Below, one piece after another: positions 52,871 through 62,500 of a stretch of 64,000 nt of DNA. The notes under the pieces are model-generated. The model was not told where the DNA came from. It saw nothing but the letters and a program-made list of their open reading frames with translations, and made no database searches. This stretch comes from Candidatus Omnitrophota bacterium (lineage in GTDB: Bacteria > Omnitrophota > Omnitrophia > Omnitrophales > JACROU01). The DNA lies in the NCBI GenBank assembly GCA_029261035.1, contig JAJDCD010000010.1:14612-78611 (forward strand). Reading direction: 5' to 3'. The translations under genes and the position numbers were made by a program. Each line of letters starts with the position of its first letter. Position 1 is the first letter of the stretch.

Positions 52871-53261
52871 AAACTAGGTCGACCTTACCTCGTTAATTTT
52901 ATTTTTTGCTGCTTAAGAAAATTTAAGTATTGTTCGATAATATTAAGTTCTATCGAGTTATTTCCAAAAAAACACTTCCTTTTAAACAATTACGTTTAAA
53001 AACAAATAAATTTTTCTAAATACGCCCTTTTCATTTAATCTTTTAAAAAAGTTTTTCTTAATTCATGCAACTCTTTCGAAAACAAAATGAAAATTTATAC
53101 TACATTCTTTTTTGTAAAACAACAGTCGGCAATACTTACTTATTTCTCTTAAAGGAATTATAACATACTTTTTTTAACTTTGTAAAAACTGGAGTAAATA
53201 TATCGGAATTTCTAGCAATACCTTTAATATCCCTTAAAAATAAGCCAAATAAGCTAAATTA

Positions 53262-53301
53262 TTGTGGATAAATAACTTACATCCACCTCCTTGTGGATAA
53301 A
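53262..53301 (-). promoter_or_regulatory. two perfect DnaA-box 9-mers (TTATCCACA on the minus strand) as a 12-bp direct repeat ttgtggataaat, 29 bp apart
   Basis: tgtggataa at 53263..53271 and 53292..53300 are reverse complements of the consensus TTATCCACA. They sit in the AT-rich 695-bp region about 400 bp upstream of the giant gene start. Confidence 0.5.
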
Positions 53302-53365
53302 TCAACTCAAATAACCCTAACCTATTTCCCTATATAAACTTAAAGCACCCCCATTCGGGCACGGG

Positions 53366-53393
53366 CCCTATTTAGGCCCGGGCCTAAATAGGG
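53366..53393. promoter_or_regulatory. 28-bp perfect palindrome ccctatttaggcccgggcctaaataggg in the spacer between the giant genes
   Basis: The reverse complement is identical. It is centred on the aggcccgggcct core that also occurs at 400..411, 430..441 and 53464..53475. It is preceded by gggcacgggccc. Candidate operator or structured RNA. Confidence 0.5.
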
Positions 53394-53536
53394 CTGTAAT
53401 CAATAAACTTTTGAAATTAAAAGAGTTAAAAAATCCCACCTTCCAACCCGGAAACCCTCAAACAGGCCCGGGCCTAAAAAACGTGTCACAATGATACATT
53501 TAGTTATTTGAGATAAGCTTATTTTGAGGTGCTTTT

Positions 53537-53559
53537 GGGACAGTCCCTTAGACTGTCCC
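53537..53559. repeat. gggacagt / cccttag / actgtccc hairpin, third member of the gggacagtccc family
   Basis: 8-bp stem with 7-nt loop. It starts 6 nt after the stop codon of the 3,472-aa gene. No U-tract follows on the coding strand. Confidence 0.7.
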
Positions 53560-53565
53560 TTTAGA

Positions 53566-56500
53566 CTATGCTGCGATTTGGACGGCTTGTTTGGCTCTGA
53601 GGCGCTCTAGGAGGTATTCTGCTAGAGCTACGATTGAGTTGTAATCCATGACGACATATCCTTCTGAGACTTGCATATCGACTGGGTATTGCTGTGCGAA
53701 GCTCTTGATGGAGCTCAACCCCCCATTACGAGAGACGAAACGACCTGCTTCGAGCATGAATTTGTGAACTAATTGTCTATTAGCTTGGCTCATACGAGGC
53801 TCATTCTCACCGTTATATAAGAGTGTAACAACCTTTGGTGATATCTCCTCTTTACTGACATAGATAATATTAGATGGTTTAGCTCCATCCTCTACCAAAC
53901 CAGCAACGGTCTGAGTCACATCTTTCTCAGATTCTAACTGAACGGCGGCTCTTAACGTTTCTGCTTGAGGTTCGAACAATTGTCCCAACTCGGTATTGGC
54001 AAACTGCGCCATTGCTTGTTCTTTAACTTCAGGAGAAACATGAAGAATATGAACCGTGTCGGTATCTGGAGAAATTCGATCTAGAAGAACCCCAATGTCA
54101 GTTACCGAACTAGCATAGTCCGAATCGACCACAACCACGCCTTGAATATCCAATCCTGGTATTTGTCTTGCGTTAACCGCATCTACGCTTCTGCCAGTTT
54201 CAATATTTTTCATTTCATTTAAGAGTGCTGCCAGAGAAGCAAGATTCAACGTTTCTAATTGAGTTTGAGCTTGGTTATAAGCAATCCACGGAGATTGAAC
54301 ATGGCCACCCAAACGTTGAATCGATCGTTGAAGATCAGCAACATTTTCTGCAACTAAACCACGAACCGCAAAGAGTGCTGAAGCATTTTCAAAATTATTC
54401 GCAGGAATCTCTTCTGCCAATTCTTTAACGACTTCTTTTTCTCTATTGCTAAAGATTGGATCTAATCCACTTGCTCGACGACGAATATCAATTGCTTTCA
54501 TCACTCGATATTGAGATTGATACGCAAACGATTCATCCAAAGCAATTTGGCGGAACACATCTAAGTTTTGAGAAAGCTCCTTAAATGAAACGTTATCGAT
54601 ATTATCAATATGAGTTGCTTCATGAACTAAGGTTGCAACCAATTCTGCAAAAGCACGGTCGCGGGCTACACCTTCTAGGTCTCTAATTTGTTGAATACGT
54701 GTTTCACTCACAACAATCGTTCGATCTGAAAGTCGTGCATAAGCCACAATACCTCCTTGGAACAAACTGTCATCCAAAGGATTGCCAACAACAATACGAT
54801 TTACTTTCTCAATTGCTGTTTTAAAGCGGCTATCTAACTGAATCCCTAATCCCAAAGCTTCCCCTAAAACCTCCAAGTATTCTGGAACCACTTGAAGACG
54901 GTCTGCTTGAGCTGCACCTAAGCTTTGCGCAGAAACCATAGAGATAGAATCTAATAAAGAGGACTCTTTAGATTCAAATAGGACTTGTTGTCCTAAGCTA
55001 TCCGCTTCTGCTTCATACTCTTCTGCTTGTCCTCTATAAATAGAAGCCTGAGCATCCCATTCGGTTCGTTCTATTTCATCTTCTGCAAATTCATCTCGAA
55101 GGCGTTCATATGTTTCTGCTAGAACTGTATAAATTTTAGAACGCAACACGTCGATTTCATCATCCTGAAATCCAGGAATAAAATCTAAAGCTGCTTCGAT
55201 AAGCTTGCTAGCCTCTTCATAATCTTCAACACCTTCAACGATTGTTTCTTTTTGATTTTGAGCAACCAAAGCAGCTGCTCCTGACTGTATTTGTTTAGCC
55301 GCATCCACATACCACGCAACTACGGTATTCACATCTGGTTTTTTAACTTCTTTGAGCCAAAATTTCAAACCTTCTTCAAATCGATTTTGAGCCGATTGAA
55401 TTTCGTCAACAGCATCTTCCCAATCTCCATTTTTAGCATGCATATTCGCATCCGTTATATGCTGTACCATTGCATCCGCAGTCTGTGTGGCCATATTCAC
55501 AATTTCTTCAACAGCTTCCGGTGTCACCTCTTCATTCACCCACTGAGCTTTAGTAAAACCTACCTGTGCTGCTTGTGTCATTTTTTGAATTTGCTCTTCA
55601 TTACCACCCGCTCTTTCTAACATCAATGTCTTTACTGTTTCATTTCTGGCAATATCGACAAAGTAGCGGGACAATGCTGGTGGCAAGACTCCTTTTCTAT
55701 CAAAATGGATCGCTTGTTCGTAATCAGCATCTACCCTCTTAGCAATCTCTTTTGTTTTTGTCGCAGTGATAGACAATTCAATTCTGGCTAAATACATCTC
55801 TTTAATCGAATCTGCCAATTCTGATTGGTTCAATTCTGGGTCTAACTCCTGAGCCTCTTCCAAAACTTCCATATGTTTGTTTAATTCCTCAAGAGAAACA
55901 TTATCCGATTGGATCATTTGGTTAAAACTATTCACAGCTGTTTGTGCTAATTCCAGTGCCACAAACTGATCTAAAGAACCAGGAAGAGCTTCTTTAGAAT
56001 CAAATGCTTTAGCTTGACTGTAATAATCTTGAGCTTGTTTCTCAATCCTATTTCTTTTCATCATACGAATTCGATTCGTTTGATTTTTTTGATTTCTAGC
56101 TTTCATCGCCAAAGCACTAAACCAATCACGAATAAATGCTGAGGACTCTCCTTCACTTAAGTTAGAATTAATTTTTGTAGCCTCTTCGATTTGTTCATTA
56201 ATTCCGTCAACAATAGAACCCTCTGAGCCAGCAATCAAATCTCGTATACTCATTTGATCTACTTGCATATCAATAAATTGATCTGCCATTGCTCCCAATT
56301 GGGCAAATCTAGGATCACTCTTCATCTTATCTTTCTCAGGCTGCCTTAATTTTTGATCCAATTTCTGAATCATAGTATCAGCAAACGATGGGTCAATTGT
56401 TTGGATACGACTGTAAGCATCTTGTGCTAAAGTTTCGTTTCCTTGTTTAGAAGCCATTCGAGCTAAAGTTAAGTTCACTTGAACCCATTCTGTTTGAATA

Positions 56501-59500
56501 TCTTCTTTTTGAGATTCATCCAAACGAACCGCTTCTTCAAATAAGCTGTGCGCTTTTTGATAAGTCTCAATTGATTCATTCTGTTTCTTTTTCTGAGACT
56601 GTAATTCTTGCGCTGTAAGCACGAGAGCTCTAGCTTCTTCAATATTTCTCAATGCAATTAAAGCTTCCATGGTTTCAGGCACCTGCACACGATTCGCAGC
56701 TTCCGCTTGTTGCTTCCAATCATTAAACAAGTCTCTCGCTGCAGCTTCATCTACTTGGTATTGCTGTTTAATTTGATCTTCTAATCGTTGAAGATTACGT
56801 TTTGTTTCCAAACGGGCTTCTAAAAGCTCTGGAGAGAAATCTTGTCCCGGCCATCCAGCTACCGTAACGGTATCCCGAACCAAATCAGCAATCACCGTAA
56901 AACCAAAACGATCAAAAATATCTCGAACTGCTTTTTGGTCTTCATCCGTGCGAAGCGCTTTTGCAATTAAGCTTTCACCCTTGGTTACAACCGACGGATC
57001 ATTATCAATTGTGTTTTGACTGACATAAGCCAACAACTCTTCCACAACCTGTTTTTCGGTGTAGCCGGACTGGATCAATTGCTTCTTCGCTTCCTCATAT
57101 CCATTCAACTCTTTCACTAACTCATCAATTTCAGTTCTTTCTTCTTCCGTTAAATTTGTAAAGTAATGCGCATGATTCAATTCGTGAACAATATTTTTAC
57201 GAGCCATCTTTAATTTATTCATCATGCCCTTGTTCTCATTTACGTTCATCTCATCACTCAATGCATCTGAGAATGAAATAAATCCATAACCATCATTCGC
57301 AGCAAAAAGATCCATTACCATTTTTGAACCATCGATAATTTTTTCAGCTACAATTTCTTTTGCTTTTTGAATCGATTGATCATAAGTTAAAGACGTATCT
57401 TTAACACGTTCAATAGTCGCAATTTTTTGAAGCATTTCTTTCAGCTTAGCATCCTTATCTTCATTCAATCGAGAGGCTAATTCTTGAATGGTTACATTAG
57501 ATGCTAAATCACGATAGCCGAAACGTCCTTCATCTCCATCGAGCTCTCTCTTGTTCACAAAGAATCCTAGAGCCGCTTCCACACCAAATTCCCATTGGTC
57601 GCCTATATATAACTGTGTATAGACCAATTTTTCATACATTTCTGGTTGAGCTTCTCTATCGATACGAACAGAACTCTTCAAGAAATTACCTAAGCTTTGT
57701 TTGAGGCCTCCTGTAAATAAAGAATCCCCTGTACTGCCTGCTTCTTGCATTTCTGCAAGGTAGAACAACTGAGCTCGACGCAATACTTTAGCTTGAACAT
57801 TTCCTTGAGCATCACTTACGAAATAATAATAATCTCCACCTTTCGCAATGCGTTCTCTCCAAAAACTAGGTTCCTCTTCCGTTGCCGCTGTTTTAGCTTC
57901 AAAGAAATCTTTTTCTTGTTGTGTTAATTCAGAAAGATTCACTTCCTGAATTCCTCCGAGAGAACCTCTTAATTCCGTCATTACGAGCATACGATGAATA
58001 TCCGCTTCATTCACTGTTTCTTTAAACTGCTCTACCAACTCAGCCTCATCCAATATCTCTCCAGGCTTCCGCGTCGCTTGCTGTTGTATATAAGCTTCTC
58101 TTCTTTGTTGCGTACGCGCTTCGCTGGCCAATACGTTAATAGAATTAGCCGTTTTTTCATTAAATTGAGTTCGGTATCGATTAAAAGATTGAACTATGGT
58201 TACCACTTCATCCAATATCTCATCTCGTAACGTTCTTGGTTTGGACTGAATTCGGTTAATCAATTGTCCGAGCCAATCAAAACCTCTAAGAGAGTTCACC
58301 GCAGCTTCAATTAAGTCATCACTTCTTTCCAAATCAAGACCTAGTTCATTCGCTTTTGCACGAACCAATTTTACATTCACATCAAAAGCCGCTGGGTTTT
58401 CTTCGATCACAACCGCAGCATTTTCTGCGTCTTTAAGAATCTGCAACTTCTCTTGCTTCTCTTCAACACCTTCTAATGCAGCCATAATCTCAAAGAGTCT
58501 CAACTGTCTTGATGTTGCTTCTCCACGACGAATTTTTTCTCTAATTTCTTGAGAAGTTTCTATAAATTCATCGTTGTTGATCAAGCGAATTAAATTTCCA
58601 AGTTCTGCTGCTGTAATTGGATTTTCTCGAACTCGACTTTGAAGCAGCTGATCAAAAATAGCCGTCTTAGCGCTCATCAAACTACTCGCCCGATCCACAA
58701 AATGGAATTGGTAATATTCTTCATCCAAAAGTTTATTGATAAGTTTATGGACTGAATTCATATCCATGTCCCCACCAAAATTTCTTTTATTCACAATTTC
58801 AAAGGCAATAGCACCGGCATTGTTACGAGCCACCCCTTGTTTTCCAGCTTTAGAACGAGTGTAATGGGCAAAGGTTTCTTTCCAGTCAATCCACTCATCC
58901 TTACCCATTGCTTTGAGTTTCAGTTTAAGATTTCGAATGTAAGTTTTATCAAACCCAAAACCCAACAAGACACGGTTGCGTTTCACAAACTGAATAGCCG
59001 TATCCAATATTTGATAATCTGTGGATTTAATTTCTTGAATCAGTGTTTTTACTTCATCTGTTGCTCCCGAAAGAAAACGTCGATCATAAGCAGCTTTTAA
59101 ATTTTGAATCTGGCTCTGAAGCACCGCCTTTTTAGCAGCATCTGCTTCTGATTGTAAACGCGCTTCTTTTTTCAAGATCGTCATCCAATCTAAAATCATC
59201 GCTTCTTCTAGGGTATCGTTTTCTGCGATACGTTTTCCAACAACGACACGATCCGAATCCTTAGCATCTTTTTCTAACTTGCCTAATGCATCAAATAACG
59301 TTAAATCTTGTCCTGGTCGAGAGTGACCCAAAACTTCTTCCGCAATATCCCCTTCCATTGAAGAAACGAGTACTTCGTTTACAAAATCTTCTCCAAATGC
59401 TTTTTTGAGATAAGCCAAACGTTCTAAGTAGTGAGAAAACACACGAACCTTTCTCTTACGTCCTTCTCCGGTAATACTACTCGTATCCCGACCTTCCCCT

Positions 59501-62500
59501 ACCTTCGTGGCTACTAAGAGCAATTCGAATTGAGAAACAATTCCTTTTCTCTCTAAGACATCTAAGAAGTTTTCATTAATCTCTTTGTCATAATCCGCAT
59601 CCTTAAGCTGTAACAACGAGTTTAATCCATCCATCACATCCGTAATACGACTGGATTCAAATTGAGAACGATATTGTCTTAAACCTTGAAAGGCATATCC
59701 TTCATTAAAAGCTAAAAGAATAGCTTCTTGAATTTTTATTAAATTCATCTTATCTTTCTTGCTAAGATCTCCAGATGCTTTTCTAACTTGCTGCTTTTCA
59801 CCATCAACCTCAATTTCTTTCATCAATAATTCTGTTAATGCCTTACGCATACTTCGTTCATCTCTAACAGAAATATTTAAGTTAATCGCTTTTGCGTTTG
59901 CTTCTTCCGTATACTGAGTATTAATACGACGATATTTATCCCAAATAAATTTAAGGTCAGGATCTCCCAATAATACCTGTTGATTATGCTTTCCTTTTTC
60001 GGAACCATCAAAAGCAAAGATTAAGTTGTCATCTGTACTGCTCGTGGCTTGTAATTTTGACTGCAATTTCCCACCTGTTAATTCACGTGTTAAAGCTAAT
60101 TCCTTATCCAATATAGCTAAATACTTCGGATCTAAATCAATGGCATCATCAAAAAAGATACGCGCTTGTTTTAAATCAAATTCTGCAGAATCCGGAACCG
60201 CACGGTACTTACCAAGGTAAAGCAATCCTTGCAATGCTTTAAGTTGAGCCATGAAGGTTCGATTTAAACCCTTAAGTTCTTTCTCTGTTTCTAAAAGCTT
60301 AATCGCTGTAACCAAACGCTGCGTTGCTTTCTCGTAAGTTAAATACGCTTCTTTCCTTAAATTTAGAGACTCTTCTTCGTTGTCCGTTAACTCAGCAGAG
60401 TCTAATAAATATTCTGCTTTTGCTTTCATGACGTCGACACGGCGTTTCATTTCTAAAACTCCGGCTGTCAAACGTTCTTGTTTGAGATCTCGACCCCTCA
60501 CAAGAGCTTCTTGATGAAGCTGCTGAAGAATATTGTTTAGTGTCACACTCTCTCCAGAAACAAGCTCAATACCCACACGGTTAGCCATCTGAGTAAAAAC
60601 GCTATAATCGTTTAACAAAATAGCGTCCATCACGTCAAGAAAACGTACTTGAGTCTGAAGTCCAAAAACCTGGATCAAAGCTTCAATTTCTTTATAACGT
60701 TGGTATAGTTTTTCTTTCTCTTCTTTTCGTGTTTCATCTAAATTAAATAAATCATTAATTTTCCGAACTCGTTCACTCTCACGCGGACTGAGATCAGAAG
60801 ATTTCGAGCCCGAAAGATTTAACACTGCTGTAATCAATCCATCAACCGTATCTAAGAAGTTTTCTTCCATCATACCCTGAACCTTAGACACCGTTGCATC
60901 AACATCATTCGATAGCTGATCTAACACAATCGCTTGATTAATTTTCAATTCTTTATACTCAGTAGCCCCCTCAAGTTCTAATCCTTGCATCCATTCTTCA
61001 AAACTTTCAAGACGATTTAACTGTTCTTGATCAAGTCGTGAATCAATCAATCCATATATGTTGATATTTAAAGCATCCAAGTCAAAACCCTGATTATTGA
61101 GTCGTTTTTTCATTTCTTCTACAAAACGGATACTCAACAATTGATGTTTTGGATACTTTTTAGCAAAGTATGTTTCTAAGTATTTATCTAAGGTATGTTC
61201 TTGTTCTCTAACACCCATTTGCTTTAACTTCGCTTTATACTCTTCATTAATCCACTTATGCAGTTGGAATACAGCAGCACTGCGTTGATCTACACGAGCT
61301 AAAGTTCGAATAAAACTATTCTTAGCCTGATCTTTTTTGTTTTTATTCTTCACTGCTGTGACATAAGCAGGGAGTTCTAACTCTATTTTCTTCTGAGTCG
61401 TGTCAATACGAGATCGCCCCTCATCCTGTAACGTTAATATAATTTCTTTTGTTCTTAGATTAGCCACATCCACACCATAACCACTCTGAGGCGTACCAGA
61501 AACCAGAGTAACCAGATATTCCAAACCATCAATCGTTACTTTTTCGCCATCTTTTATTTTATTCCCTTCAAACGTAAGGTCACCCTCAGCATTAATATCA
61601 AACTCCACAGTTTCTTTGACAGGGTTTGGTGTGTTTACTTCCACTTTTCTCTTTTCATTCACAACGACGTCTGTAGCTGTAACTACTTCTGTCTTTAAGA
61701 GAACGTTTCCTGTTTCCTTATCCAATTCAAATCTCATTTTCTGACCGGCAATGGTGACATCCGTACCTTCAGCAAGACGACGAGCCATATAAGTCATAGG
61801 ATTAATCAAGGTCGTCGCTCCACTTAACACAGCTCCAAGACCTGCTCCAAAACGAGTAGTGTTCTTCCACTTTTTCCATATTTGTTTTGCTGATGCCGTA
61901 GCTTCACCAATCACAGAACCTTCTCTTAAACCAAAGATGGCAGGGCGATACAAATACCCACCCTCTTTTTTGTCTTGTTTCACTGTAATTTTAGGTGTTT
62001 TATCTGCTTTTTCTGTAGAACGTCTAGCGGCAATCAATAATTTCGCATGCAGCTCATTTAGCGCTTTTTGATTTGGTTTTCCTTGAAGATAAGCAGCAAC
62101 CGCATCCATCAAGGCAATACGTGTTGGAGCATCTTCAATTTTTTGTAAGGATGACTTCAAGGTTCTGAGCACTTCATTTTCGCTCACAACACCTAAACGA
62201 TAGATAAAAGAAGCGGAGTCACTTCGAGTCAGCGATTTATCAAAAACGGTATCCTCCGTCCAAGATTCTAGATAAGCAAACGAAATTGGAATGAACGAAA
62301 GCATACGGTTTACTATCAATCGAGGCCATTTTGTCAAACTCTTCCATAGAGAGCTATCCCCTTCGGCCATTCTCCAAAGAGCTTCTAAACGACCTTCTGC
62401 ATTTTGAGTTTGTAATTCATACTCACGAAGCAAATTATTTCTCTTCAAATAAGTATGGAATTGTTGCCAACCAGCCAATACCTTCAGCTTTGCTGTACCA

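Larger units (their letters stand above)
52871..53565 (-). promoter_or_regulatory. AT-rich 695-bp spacer presumed to carry the promoter and leader of the giant gene
   Basis: It lies between the stop of the 3,472-aa gene and the start of the 16,198-aa gene. It contains DnaA boxes, GC-rich palindromes and long A/T runs. A GAGGTAAGG Shine-Dalgarno-like sequence sits about 10-18 nt upstream of the ATG at 52870. No -10/-35 could be assigned confidently. Confidence 0.4.

Noticed and set aside
4637-52765. About 45 short plus-strand ORFs of 60-100 aa from the track lying inside the giant gene (e.g. 4637..4936, 6464..6754, 26368..26670, 29250..29489, 51343..51618)
   Set aside because: All lie antisense to a continuous 48.6-kb coding frame. 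They are low-complexity shadow ORFs with no start context or recognisable motifs.
4274-52870. Giant ORF as an NRPS/PKS megasynthase or an Ig/cadherin/RTX repeat adhesin
   Set aside because: No condensation, adenylation, PCP (LGGxS), KS or AT motifs. No tandem domain repeats or Gly-Asp-rich RTX nonapeptides. The composition is helical and E/K/L/Q-rich with unique sequence throughout.
4274-52870. Giant ORF as an assembly artefact or a fusion of adjacent genes by missing stops
   Set aside because: Only a single reading frame is open for 48.6 kb with uniform composition, and there is a flanking signal peptide at one end and terminators at the other. This cannot be excluded without reads, so it is listed as a check rather than a conclusion.
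53262-53301. The two DnaA boxes as the chromosomal replication origin
   Set aside because: Only two boxes are present, with no adjacent dnaA, dnaN or gidA and no obvious AT-rich 13-mer DUE array. They are kept as a possible regulatory site only.
1191-53559. gggacagtccc copies as a CRISPR array or the aggcccgggcct copies as one
   Set aside because: Too few copies, irregular spacing, dispersed over 50 kb, no cas genes.
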